Source: a virus. Taken from it: a DNA stretch of 64,000 nt. Positions within the stretch are counted from its first letter, which is position 1. Each line of letters opens with the position of its first letter. This document shows positions 39,719 to 48,995 of the stretch, in pieces. The notes below the pieces were generated by a model. It searched no databases, was not told where the DNA came from, and was given only the letters and a program-made list of their open reading frames with translations. The position numbers and the translations under genes were made by a program. The stretch is taken from IMG/VR virus record IMGVR_UViG_3300005805_000042; one strand, given 5' to 3'.

Positions 39719-40083
39719 AACATCCATTTCACACCCTATACTATACAGGTCTCTCCGTTCTAATTTCACTATTAATTTTTGGTGGATTATTAATTTATAA
39801 TCTTTCAAATATTGTACACCTTATACCAAAAGAAAAAATATCTAAAAAACATTCTGATTTAGTAATGAACCCTGTTGTGTTAGAAACATCAATACCTAAA
39901 CCATTTGTTGAGTTGAATAATTCCAAAGTAGGAAAAAAAGGGATTACTAATGCTGAAATAATAAAATCAAATACTGAGGATACTAATAATACTCACAATA
40001 ACATGAATAGTGAAACATCGAATACATTAAACAACCAAGATACAAGTCAAGGTACTAAAGATACTATCTCAGAGATTCCTTAA
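39715..40083 (+). CDS. Hypothetical membrane-anchored protein
   Basis: N-terminal hydrophobic segment GLSVLISLLIFGGLLIY. Confidence 0.5.
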   Translation: MKHPFHTLYYTGLSVLISLLIFGGLLIYNLSNIVHLIPKEKISKKHSDLVMNPVVLETSIPKPFVELNNSKVGKKGITNAEIIKSNTEDTNNTHNNMNSETSNTLNNQDTSQGTKDTISEIP

Positions 40084-40687
40084 GAACTTTTTGAATTAAG
40101 TCTCTCAATCCCTCATTTTTTTTCTTTGGGTTGTAAGAGGTCATAGTTGGTTTGTTTCCCTTACCAACTTTAGGGTCCTTTTTTTCTGCGGCTCTTTTTT
40201 GTGCACATGCAGCTTTCTTTTGTGCATCAGTCATCTTGGAAGCAACTCCCGCAGCTCGACATTTGGGATAACCCTTTGATTCACCCTCAGGTCTTCCACA
40301 AGGAGGATGTCCACCCCCTTCTTTTTTTCTACAAATATTAACCCAAGGACCTGAAGGTTGTTTACTTCCTTTAGGTTTTTTTTTGGTACCAAACCAAACT
40401 GCTAAATCCTCTTTCAAAATATCTTCTTTAAAAATTTTCTTTCTCATTTTTTCAACTTTTTTAACATTTGATTTAGTTTGTTTTTCATCTTTGGCAATTT
40501 CTTGTTTTGTTTTTTTTATCTCACCATCATACGAATCAAAGGCGGTTCCATTATTGATATAACCCGAAACTTTTTCGGTGTAAGGTATGAGTTGTTCATT
40601 CTTCCAAACCCGTGGTGTGATATTTAATTTGCCCTTAAACACACCATCACTTGATGAGGTGGTACTCTCGTTGATTTTTTCTTCCAT
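40064..40687 (-). CDS. Basic Cys-containing putative internal head protein
   Basis: ILKE|DLAVWFG...PWVNIC...PCGR...YPKCR...CAQKR; C-terminal LRDLIQKVLKES. Confidence 0.6.
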   Translation of the reverse strand: MEEKINESTTSSSDGVFKGKLNITPRVWKNEQLIPYTEKVSGYINNGTAFDSYDGEIKKTKQEIAKDEKQTKSNVKKVEKMRKKIFKEDILKEDLAVWFGTKKKPKGSKQPSGPWVNICRKKEGGGHPPCGRPEGESKGYPKCRAAGVASKMTDAQKKAACAQKRAAEKKDPKVGKGNKPTMTSYNPKKKNEGLRDLIQKVLKESLR

Positions 40688-40700
40688 AACCCTATATTTT

Positions 40701-40713
40701 AATAAATATTTAC
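40701..40713. promoter_or_regulatory. Overlapping bidirectional late-type element AATAAATATTTAC
   Basis: ATATTTATT on minus and ATATTTAC on plus, between divergent ATGs at 40687 and 40720. Confidence 0.5.
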
Positions 40714-40719
40714 ATTTTT

Positions 40720-40956
40720 ATGCAAGACTTAAATTCTTTCCCTTTATTCGATAGAATTCAAATTCAAAATTCAGAAGATTTTGATAATTTAATAGACACT
40801 CTGACAAAGGAACAGGGAGATTATATTATTAAAATTGCTCTTGAGAAGGCGTTCAATTCAGGTATCTATAGTTTAAGCGAAAGTGAAATACTTTCAAAAT
40901 CTCTCAGATTAAAAAATAAAAATACTGAAACAATTTCAGAAAATGACACTGAATGA
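40720..40956 (+). CDS. Hypothetical protein
   Basis: Short ORF divergent from the 40064 gene. Confidence 0.55.
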   Translation: MQDLNSFPLFDRIQIQNSEDFDNLIDTLTKEQGDYIIKIALEKAFNSGIYSLSESEILSKSLRLKNKNTETISENDTE

Positions 40957-41128
40957 GATAAGTAAAAGAATAATAGATGGGGAATACATTTTAACCGAAG
41001 TTGTCAGAAATGGACACAAACCTTTTTTTGGTGATGAATATGAAAAAATAAGAACTGAAGTTGGTGTATTAAGGTGTCTATATTTTGGTGAAGATTCACC
41101 ATATTGTAATTCAAGATATAAAAAATAA
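40943..41128 (+). CDS. Hypothetical protein
   Basis: Short ORF ending at the terminator. Confidence 0.5.
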   Translation: MTLNEISKRIIDGEYILTEVVRNGHKPFFGDEYEKIRTEVGVLRCLYFGEDSPYCNSRYKK

Positions 41129-41130
41129 AA

Positions 41131-41152
41131 AAAGGGGACCGAAGTCCCCTTT
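41131..41152. terminator. Bidirectional terminator downstream of the capsid gene
   Basis: Minus strand AAAGGGGAC-TTCG-GTCCCCTTT plus T-tract. Confidence 0.85.
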
Positions 41153-41171
41153 CCTTTTGTATATTGAGATA

Positions 41172-43007
41172 TTATCTCAATTCTCTCAAGTCGAATGTTC
41201 TAACACCATCAACTGTGATTCTACCATAGAACCTGTTATTTACAACCTTCTTAGCGTATCTGGTCATGATACCCTTGATAGGTGTAAAGTTGAATGGGTT
41301 GTACATTGTTGGAGTGAGTTGTAAAGGTACATATGGAGCGTAGATGTATCCAGTATCCAATAATGAAGTACCTTTGTGTCCTAACAACACCTGGTTTGCA
41401 GGGAAGTAAGGGTCACGGTAAACTTGGTATCTACCAGCTAATGTTCCAACTCTCTCAATACCCATGTTATATTGGTCTTGCTCAGGAGCCGCGTTTGATA
41501 CGTGGAAGTACTCCAAGTCATCAAAGATTGCAGAAACCTCAGAAGATACAACAATCCAGTTTGCGCCACCTCTAAGAGTTGACTTGTGGATTTGAGCTGA
41601 AATTTGGTTGATTGCAGTGATAAGAGTTTGGTTCCAGTCCTTTTGAGTGTAAGGAGTTGTACCAGCGTTAAATCTCTTCCATCCGTTGTAGTCCCAACGC
41701 AGGTTCCAAGATGCAGCCTTTCTCAAGTCTCTTAAGATTTCACGGTCAATTTCCGCAGCAACTTGCTCCGACAACAAAGCTGTAAGCTCAGCTTCAGCGT
41801 CGATGTTGTGGAATGCAGCTACGTCTTGAGCCATTTCAGGAGACCATTGTGCTCTAAGTTTTCTTTCAGTAACCGAAACAGTCACAGACTGAAGGTCAAA
41901 TGAAACTTCACCAATTTTATCTTCGAATTCAAGACTCTTATAGATTCTATAAGTCGCCAAGAATGCGTTGTTGTTAGCAGTTGAAGAAGAGAATGTAGAA
42001 CCGGTATATCCGTCAAGTGAAGAATCTCCACAAGTAATACATACAGGAACCTGTAAATCAACTTCAAGGTAAATTTTACCATCTGCAGTACAAGTATCGT
42101 AATATCCACCACCACCAGTCCTACTTTGAGGAAAAGCTAAAGTTTCATTCGAACCATATTGTACAATACCCTTACCGTATTTTTGAGTGACAACTCTGAA
42201 CAAGTAGTTATTTGAAGTGTTTGCAGAAGTTGTAGTGTTTCCTGAAAAACCACGAATTTGAAGGTCAGTTAAGAATTCTTCAGTATCCATTGGTTGACCA
42301 TTTGGACCAATCAATTGACCAGCGCCAGCAGATGCGAAACCATTCAATTCAATTAGAACTTTTCTGTAGTCACTCAAACCGTATCCAGAAACTGCTAATT
42401 GGTCACCAACCCAAACTACTGTTTTAACACCACCAGCAATTGGGGTAGAACCGTCTTCGCTAATTGTGACACCTGGAGTTAAAGCTGAAAATGAACCCTT
42501 AGAGTAGTCGTAAAGACCTGGAGGGTCTAAAGCAGGTTCGTTACCTTCGTAGAATCTATCGTAAAGGTCTTTTTGTGTGTTATAGTCATAACCACTGCTT
42601 GGAGTTTGGTCCGAATTTGCGTTAGGTGCCCCAAAAGGTGCGAAGTGCTCATTCAAAGCTCCTGTTTGATAAGACTGAATGTTTGGTACAAAGTAGAACA
42701 ACTTACCGATAGGAAGATTCATTGCTTGTACTGAAACGATGTCGTTAGCCAAAAGCTTAGAGAATACTCTCCTTACAATTGGGAATACAACAGTTTCGAA
42801 TGAACCGGTATCAGCAGTCGAAGCTGCTTCGTTAATCAAATATGACGCTTGGTTTTCATACAACTGTGCGATATTTTCTTTTAGGTGTCCGTTAAGCCCG
42901 TCAAGGAAACCTAACTTGTCCCATTTGTTAATTGTATCTTCTTTGATAACTTTAAGGTGCTTAAGACCGATGTTACCAACAAGACCACTTTCTAATAATG
43001 CTCCCAT
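41172..43007 (-). CDS. gp23: Major capsid protein (T4 gp23-like) with a large central insertion
   Basis: IVSVQAMNLPIGKLFY, KLRAQWSPEMAQD, EAELTALLSEQVAAEIDREI, IYAPYVPL, GIMTRYA; probable maturation site LINE|AAST. Confidence 0.97.
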   Translation of the reverse strand: MGALLESGLVGNIGLKHLKVIKEDTINKWDKLGFLDGLNGHLKENIAQLYENQASYLINEAASTADTGSFETVVFPIVRRVFSKLLANDIVSVQAMNLPIGKLFYFVPNIQSYQTGALNEHFAPFGAPNANSDQTPSSGYDYNTQKDLYDRFYEGNEPALDPPGLYDYSKGSFSALTPGVTISEDGSTPIAGGVKTVVWVGDQLAVSGYGLSDYRKVLIELNGFASAGAGQLIGPNGQPMDTEEFLTDLQIRGFSGNTTTSANTSNNYLFRVVTQKYGKGIVQYGSNETLAFPQSRTGGGGYYDTCTADGKIYLEVDLQVPVCITCGDSSLDGYTGSTFSSSTANNNAFLATYRIYKSLEFEDKIGEVSFDLQSVTVSVTERKLRAQWSPEMAQDVAAFHNIDAEAELTALLSEQVAAEIDREILRDLRKAASWNLRWDYNGWKRFNAGTTPYTQKDWNQTLITAINQISAQIHKSTLRGGANWIVVSSEVSAIFDDLEYFHVSNAAPEQDQYNMGIERVGTLAGRYQVYRDPYFPANQVLLGHKGTSLLDTGYIYAPYVPLQLTPTMYNPFNFTPIKGIMTRYAKKVVNNRFYGRITVDGVRTFDLRELR

Positions 43008-43037
43008 TTTAATTTTTGTTTTTAGGAATTTATATTT

Positions 43038-44561
43038 TTAGAGTTTATTCATTAAATCCTTAATTCTTAAGAATTGTGGATTTTCATATGTTTTAGACTC
43101 AATCAAGGTTGTAGATGAACCAGAAGTTTTTGCTGTGTTCAACTGCCTTTCAACACTTTCAGAAATATTTTTCGTTTCAGTGTTGGAAAGTTCATCCTTG
43201 ACAGTTTTGTAGAGTTGTTTTGATTCTTTAAGTGATTCTACAGAATCAAATCTTCTCAGGATATTTATTTTTTCTTTTTTGGTAGTGGAATGCTCAGTAA
43301 ACAATCTTGTAGCATATGCCAAGTTCGAGTTAAAAACAGCAACTTCGTTGAGTTTTTCTCTAAAGACATTAAGAGCCTTTCTGTACTCTTCATTCTTTTC
43401 TCTTAACAAATTTAATTCTACTTCAACAGCTTCTACTTTTACACCATTATCACCATAAACATAATTTCTGTTATTTGTGATACCTTTTCTTAACCCTCTA
43501 CCTTCTTTCGACCCCATACCATAAGTTCTAGCAGCCTCTTTTGTTTCCTCCTTGGTTTCATAGTCTTTCTTGCCATGATTCGTTTCAGATTTGTCACCTT
43601 TGTTACCACCAAACTTTCCTTCGTAGTCTTTGTAGTGTCCATCTTTACCCTCACCAGCTTTCTTTTCAACACCGTCTACTTTCTTACGTCTGTATTCGCG
43701 TTTCTTAGAATCTTCTCCTATTTCACCCTCTTTGAATTCAAATTTTGCTTTACCAGTACCCATAGCTTTAGGTCCAGCCTTTTTGTGGTCATCAAATCCT
43801 TTTTTTGGTAAAGTACTATCGTACTTAAATTTAGGATGACCCATACCTACGCCTTTTGGTTTTACAGTCATTTTAGCTTCTTCAAGGTTATATTCCTCAT
43901 GTGAGGATTCTCCCATCTCTTCCATAGATTCTTCATCCATGTATTCAGAGAGGTCCAATTCTTCCTCATCCATTTCTATCTCATACATGACTTCGTCTTC
44001 TTCCATAGTTTCAGACGACGAATAAAGAGCATCCAAAACAGCATCCAAGTCAGGGTCTTCTTCAACATCAAGTTCGTCGAATTCCATTTCTTGTTCTTCT
44101 ATTTCCATCTCTTCCATCATATCCTCTTCATCATCCATTTCAGACTCGTCGAGTTTTACAATGTATTCAACATCTTCATTATCGTCGGTAATGTGAACCA
44201 TACCTTCGTCTTTTACAACTACGATTCCATCTTCAGGTCCCATAGCTTTAAAAGCCTTAATAACTTCATCATCAGACATATCTGTCATATCGATAGTTTC
44301 TTCATCCGAATCAAAATCCATATTGAATTCATTATCAGAATCTTCCATATTATCAACATCGCTATCCATATCAAAATCCATGTCTAGCTCAGTATCAACT
44401 TCAACCTCATCTTCTTGTTCGGAAAGAGATTCCTTTACTAACTGACTGATTTCTTCCTTCATTGTAGAAGCAAGTATTCCTTTTGCGTTTTCGGCAATGA
44501 CTTCTTCAACATTTCTCATTTGAATAAGTGCCTCTTCAACTAAATTTTTAGTTTCTTGCAT
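43038..44561 (-). CDS. Prohead scaffold/core protein (gp22-like), highly acidic
   Basis: Between protease and capsid; D/E/M-rich; C-terminal coiled coil; many (I/L/V)xE sites. Confidence 0.75.
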   Translation of the reverse strand: MQETKNLVEEALIQMRNVEEVIAENAKGILASTMKEEISQLVKESLSEQEDEVEVDTELDMDFDMDSDVDNMEDSDNEFNMDFDSDEETIDMTDMSDDEVIKAFKAMGPEDGIVVVKDEGMVHITDDNEDVEYIVKLDESEMDDEEDMMEEMEIEEQEMEFDELDVEEDPDLDAVLDALYSSSETMEEDEVMYEIEMDEEELDLSEYMDEESMEEMGESSHEEYNLEEAKMTVKPKGVGMGHPKFKYDSTLPKKGFDDHKKAGPKAMGTGKAKFEFKEGEIGEDSKKREYRRKKVDGVEKKAGEGKDGHYKDYEGKFGGNKGDKSETNHGKKDYETKEETKEAARTYGMGSKEGRGLRKGITNNRNYVYGDNGVKVEAVEVELNLLREKNEEYRKALNVFREKLNEVAVFNSNLAYATRLFTEHSTTKKEKINILRRFDSVESLKESKQLYKTVKDELSNTETKNISESVERQLNTAKTSGSSTTLIESKTYENPQFLRIKDLMNKL

Positions 44562-44583
44562 AAAAATTGTTTTTAATTTACCT

Positions 44584-44591
44584 TATAAATA
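44584..44591 (-). promoter_or_regulatory. Putative late promoter TATTTATA for the scaffold-capsid unit
   Basis: 22 nt upstream of ATG 44561. Confidence 0.6.
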
Positions 44592-44602
44592 GTTCTGTAA
44601 AT

Positions 44603-44680
44603 AAAAAAATCCGTTTATAAACCCCCTTCTTTACGAAAAAGATTTAAAACGGACAAAAAAAAGGTGGAAAACCACCTTTT
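44603..44680 (-). terminator. Two tandem intrinsic terminators
   Basis: Minus strand GGTGG-TTTT-CCACC+T8 (44655-44680), then imperfect hairpin TCCGTTT...AAACGGA+T7 (44603-44653). Confidence 0.65.
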
Positions 44681-44683
44681 AAG

Positions 44684-44893
44684 TTATTCGATTACTTCGT
44701 CAATTTTGCTTTCCACAACTGAAACGATACGCCATTCGTGTTGGAACCCCGTATATTTCTTTGTTACTTTAGCTTCGACATCGGTAACTGAGAAACCATT
44801 AACAAGTTTCTCTTCTCTGATTTTTTTAATTCGTCCTGAATTTTCATCAGGTAAATCATAAACCACTTTAGCTACAAAAAATTTCTCATCCAT
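44684..44893 (-). CDS. DUF4494-like small protein (Bacteroidota family)
   Basis: F.AKV.Y...G..KK..E..LV...S.T..EA pattern. Confidence 0.6.
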   Translation of the reverse strand: MDEKFFVAKVVYDLPDENSGRIKKIREEKLVNGFSVTDVEAKVTKKYTGFQHEWRIVSVVESKIDEVIE

Positions 44894-44912
44894 AATTATT
44901 AATTCATTTTAG

Positions 44913-45629
44913 TTAACGATTTAAATAATCGGTTAATTTTTTCATTAAATCAACTGACTTGCTCATTCCTGAGTCAGAAATTTTTTGATTTTTTTCTTCA
45001 TCGAGGTTTTCCTCGTACATTGACCTCTCTTCGGGGGAGTTAAATAGGTAAGCACCAGGGGTTGACGGGGAAGAGACCAAGTCAAAACAAATTAACTCAA
45101 AATCGTCTTGAACTTCATTTTGTTCTCCTTTTTTTGCCAATGACCCTACACCACGAGATGAAACACCCATTGTCACACCTTGTCTAATGAGGTTTGCGGC
45201 GATATCTCCCTTAGTTGATACAATACCACTCTCGTGAAACCCAGGAGATGTTAGAAGTTTTAATTTACCCATAAGAATGTGACCATCCCACCATATGTCT
45301 GTAATAAGGTGCGATACTCTATCCAAATCAATCAATGATGATTCTGGATGATTTAACTCAGAGGTTGATAAACCTTTTTTGATTGCGGTTTTGTATCTAT
45401 CGGATTCTCTTTTTAAAATTCTTTCAGGGTATACTCTTCCATTTCTATTTGGGACACCGTATTTTTGAAGAACAGCATAAAATTCAAATGGGTTTCTATA
45501 ATCCATTTGTTTTTGTTCCTTCAAAAAAGATTCGTTAAGTGGGTCAGATGGTGAAATGTAACCTGCGTCCATTTCAATTAAAATTCCCTTACCTGTTTCT
45601 CTTGGCCCAAGAATGTGTAAATCTTTCAT
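44913..45629 (-). CDS. gp21: Prohead maturation protease (T4 gp21-like)
   Basis: NRNGRVYP, ELNHP (His), GVSSRGVGSL (Ser), FDLVSSPSTPGA. Confidence 0.95.
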   Translation of the reverse strand: MKDLHILGPRETGKGILIEMDAGYISPSDPLNESFLKEQKQMDYRNPFEFYAVLQKYGVPNRNGRVYPERILKRESDRYKTAIKKGLSTSELNHPESSLIDLDRVSHLITDIWWDGHILMGKLKLLTSPGFHESGIVSTKGDIAANLIRQGVTMGVSSRGVGSLAKKGEQNEVQDDFELICFDLVSSPSTPGAYLFNSPEERSMYEENLDEEKNQKISDSGMSKSVDLMKKLTDYLNR

Positions 45630-45655
45630 TATATTGTTTTAAAATAAATATAATG

Positions 45656-46108
45656 TTAGTTCATAGTTTTTATTTTTATCTTTTCTTTACTCGAAGTAAA
45701 TGTGAAGTAATCATTTTTAATAACACAATCTTTATAAATTTCTCTTATAATTTTTTTTATTGCATCTTTAAGAATTGAACCTTTGAAATCTATTTCTGTT
45801 TTTGTAAAAAGATTTATCTCAAGATTCATAAAAGATTTTTTACCTAATTGAATCCCACTAGTTCTAAGGTCTAAATCAACAATAAATTTTTCTGCGAAAA
45901 GTTCTCTATTAATACTCTCATAAACACTGTGTTTAACATTTCTTGAAAGACCACCCACTATACGGTCCCAATTTTCCATTTCGACTTTTGGGGCTACCCA
46001 TGTTTGCATGTTTATGTAAAGTGATTTTAGCTGTTTTGAATCTACTGTTCCGTATTGAGTTTTAATTGATTCATATTGGTTAATCTTAACCGTTTTTCCT
46101 TTTTTCAT
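45656..46108 (-). CDS. Hypothetical protein of the head module
   Basis: ORF between bS21 and the protease. Confidence 0.65.
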   Translation of the reverse strand: MKKGKTVKINQYESIKTQYGTVDSKQLKSLYINMQTWVAPKVEMENWDRIVGGLSRNVKHSVYESINRELFAEKFIVDLDLRTSGIQLGKKSFMNLEINLFTKTEIDFKGSILKDAIKKIIREIYKDCVIKNDYFTFTSSKEKIKIKTMN

Positions 46109-46186
46109 TCATATTCAGATTGGAATCTGTTTATTTTTTTATAAATCATAACAAACTTTTACCCCAAATCCAAATATTTCTATTAT

Positions 46187-46372
46187 ATGTTAATAGTACA
46201 GGTAGACAAAAATATTGAAAAAGCACTCAAGATGCTCAAGTCTAAAGTAATTAAAACCAAACAGAATCAGAAACTAAATTCTTTAAAAGAATACCAAAAA
46301 AAATCTGTTAAAATAAGAGCCGAAAAAATCAAAGCTTCTTATCTTCAAAAGTTTAAGAATCAAGAAGAATAG
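46187..46372 (+). CDS. rpsU: Ribosomal protein bS21, antisense to the head module
   Basis: MLIVQVDKNIEKALK.LK.K...L...KEY.K.SV..R....KASYLQ aligns with Bacteroidota bS21 (MLII...NI.RALK...F.KPSV..R....KA.Y.Q). Confidence 0.88.
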   Translation: MLIVQVDKNIEKALKMLKSKVIKTKQNQKLNSLKEYQKKSVKIRAEKIKASYLQKFKNQEE

Positions 46373-47060
46373 ACTCTTCTAATCTCTTTAACTTTACATA
46401 ATTAACTTGGTCAAATTTTTCAATTTCAATCCTTTCAATCGTTTCGTTAATTTTGGATTTAATATCCGATTCCTCTTGTTTGGTAAGTAATACTTTCAAT
46501 TTGTTAATTGTCGATTCTTTAAGTGTTGTGTACTCAATTTCTAAGTCTTCATTCTTTGATGCCAAAATATAGAATACCTCTTTTTTTGTTGCCTCATCTA
46601 AACTCTCAATATATTTTCCAATAGTTTGATTGGCAATCGAAACCATTGATTTTAAAGGAATTTTAGGACTTTCATTTAAACCTTTTGTGGTTAACATAAG
46701 ATTATCGATTAACATTTTCTTTGACGACAACCTTTCGTGAATATTCACATTTTCAAAATATACCAAATTATCAATATTTTGGTAAATATTTGGGGATTTT
46801 TCCCCATTTTTTGGTAATGAAGTATTTTCTAATAAATGTCTAATTACATTTACAGACTCTTCTAAGAATTCTTTAGCATCGTTTTCAGATAAACCTTGTG
46901 GTATATTAAGGTCATCATAAATGGAATAAACCTTTGAAAATGATTTATTGTTCAAAACATTATGTTTGAATTCTTTTAATGTTTGCTTGAAAGTAGAGGA
47001 ATCTTTGTAAGACTCTACCAAGTTTTTTTCGATAATAGATTTAATTTGTCCGAAAGTCAT
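46353..47060 (-). CDS. Hypothetical helical protein of the head module
   Basis: Follows the portal; MTFGQIKSIIE; many (I/L)xE sites. Confidence 0.65.
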   Translation of the reverse strand: MTFGQIKSIIEKNLVESYKDSSTFKQTLKEFKHNVLNNKSFSKVYSIYDDLNIPQGLSENDAKEFLEESVNVIRHLLENTSLPKNGEKSPNIYQNIDNLVYFENVNIHERLSSKKMLIDNLMLTTKGLNESPKIPLKSMVSIANQTIGKYIESLDEATKKEVFYILASKNEDLEIEYTTLKESTINKLKVLLTKQEESDIKSKINETIERIEIEKFDQVNYVKLKRLEESILLDS

Positions 47061-47087
47061 GAGGTCGTATTTATTCTCTAATAAATA

Positions 47088-48953
47088 TTAGGAATTTAAC
47101 AACTTATCTAACTCGTCTTCTATTTTACCTAAACTTTGTTGTGCAATACCTAAATTTAGAAACTGATTACCATACAAACCAGTTTCTATCAAAATATTCA
47201 TATCTTTATTTTGTGTTGATTCTGGCGTAATTTCACCTTCTTCAGGGGTTGTTGCACCCAAGTCTGGTGTTTCACCAGTTAAGTCACCACCAAGGTCCGC
47301 ACCAAGGTCCGCACCAGCATCAAAACCACCACCACCAAACGCTGCTGCGGCTGGTTCAGAGGTTTCTCCAGGAGGTGCTTGTGGCGCCCCTTCACCAGGT
47401 TTATTTCCATACAACTTATCAAGTTGGTCAAACAATCCTGTTTTAGAGATTACTGTCGGAGTGTTTTTTAATTCCTCACCAATGGCTCTTTCCATTCTCT
47501 GTTGTAGAAGGTCAGTTCTTATTTCATCATCTGACCAATTGAAAATGTGTTTCTTAGCCCATGTAGATGAAGCTGGTTGAATACCATTTCCGGGGTCTGA
47601 AACTAAATCACGATACAAAAGAACTTTTTCTTTCCATATATCAACCTTCAGTAAGTCAGCTTGTGTTGATGGATTTGTAAGACCTAAAGTAAAATTAGAA
47701 ATTTCTTCTTCAAAACCAAGTAGAAATAAATGGATAATTGCAACCTTATTAAGTTCTTGCAACATCGACTTTTGAATTCTATTAATGGTTCTCGCAAATC
47801 GGATATCCATCAATGCTAAAGTTTTACCGTCACCAACAACTTCTTCAAAACCTAAAAAGGCCTTGGGAATTCTAAGTGCGGTAACAAGTTTTTTCTGAAT
47901 GTATTCAATGTCAGCAATCTCTGAAAGATTCTGTGCTCCAGGCAAAGTTTCAATTGGAGATGGTTGTGCTGGGTCTCTAACAGGAATGAAAAAATCTTGG
48001 TCTACAGCCATTTGGTTAAACCTCATATCAACATTGCCTGTTTTGGAATCAACAATTTGTTCCCTTTTGAACTTGTTAGCAACCCGTTGTACATAAGCCT
48101 CGACATCATCATCGTTCATGTTTCCAACATAAACTTTGAAAATTCTTCTTTCAGGGGCTCGTGAGGTACGATAAATCAACATCGCATCTTCAGATAACAA
48201 AAGTTGTTTCCAAATGCGACGAGATTTTTCCAACATTGAGGTACCATATGGGAGTTTTCTGTCGTCCCCTAATAATCTGAAGTGAGCAATTTCCCAAGTT
48301 TGAAATTCCATATTTTGGGTTTTCCAAGTAAACCTTAACCCTTTGTCTTCAGTATCATTTTTTGTGACACCAACCGATGCATTTCTTGTTGACAAACCTT
48401 GTTCAAATCTCTCAATTTCGATGTTAGGTAGTTGTTGACATCCAACAACACCTTTTTCAGGGTCTAATCTCATATAAACGAAATTATCACCGTACTTACA
48501 GGTGTTTCTTGTCCACATGGGTAGATTAGTGTTGATGTCTAAAGAATTATTAAATAAATCTGATAAAACGGATTTGATTCTTTTTGATTCAGAATAAATT
48601 TGAAGAATTTGACCATCTTCGTTTGGTGTGGTAGATTCTTCAGCGTAGATATCTAAGGCCGCAGAAATTTCCGGAGTGTACTCCATAGATTCGTAATCGT
48701 AATACGAAGCCAAACGATTTGGTTCATAATATACGGCTTGAGTGTAGAGGTTATTTTCAACTTTAGCAAATTGATTTGCTAAATAAAATGATTGTTTGGC
48801 TTGAAGTTTTTCCCTTTCGTATTCAGTTTTATCAGTAGTTCTGAGTAATTCCTTTTTATCTAACTTGTAAACAGGAAAATCTTGATTCATCAAGGCATTA
48901 GGACCCAAAGCCCTTGTTAACCTCTGCCAAACCGTTAAATTTCTATTTTCCAT
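47088..48953 (-). CDS. gp20: Portal protein (T4 gp20-like)
   Basis: YESME.TPEIS.ALD, YGTSMLE, EDAMLIYR.SRAPERRIF.V.VGN, DFFIP.R, IETLPGAQNL..I.DIEY. Confidence 0.95.
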   Translation of the reverse strand: MENRNLTVWQRLTRALGPNALMNQDFPVYKLDKKELLRTTDKTEYEREKLQAKQSFYLANQFAKVENNLYTQAVYYEPNRLASYYDYESMEYTPEISAALDIYAEESTTPNEDGQILQIYSESKRIKSVLSDLFNNSLDINTNLPMWTRNTCKYGDNFVYMRLDPEKGVVGCQQLPNIEIERFEQGLSTRNASVGVTKNDTEDKGLRFTWKTQNMEFQTWEIAHFRLLGDDRKLPYGTSMLEKSRRIWKQLLLSEDAMLIYRTSRAPERRIFKVYVGNMNDDDVEAYVQRVANKFKREQIVDSKTGNVDMRFNQMAVDQDFFIPVRDPAQPSPIETLPGAQNLSEIADIEYIQKKLVTALRIPKAFLGFEEVVGDGKTLALMDIRFARTINRIQKSMLQELNKVAIIHLFLLGFEEEISNFTLGLTNPSTQADLLKVDIWKEKVLLYRDLVSDPGNGIQPASSTWAKKHIFNWSDDEIRTDLLQQRMERAIGEELKNTPTVISKTGLFDQLDKLYGNKPGEGAPQAPPGETSEPAAAAFGGGGFDAGADLGADLGGDLTGETPDLGATTPEEGEITPESTQNKDMNILIETGLYGNQFLNLGIAQQSLGKIEDELDKLLNS

Positions 48954-48984
48954 TCTTACTCAAACTTAATCCCTTATGGATTAT

Positions 48985-48993
48985 TATAAATAC
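48985..48993 (-). promoter_or_regulatory. Putative late promoter GTATTTATA for the portal
   Basis: 31 nt upstream of ATG 48953, immediately after the terminase stop. Confidence 0.6.
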
Positions 48994-48995
48994 TT

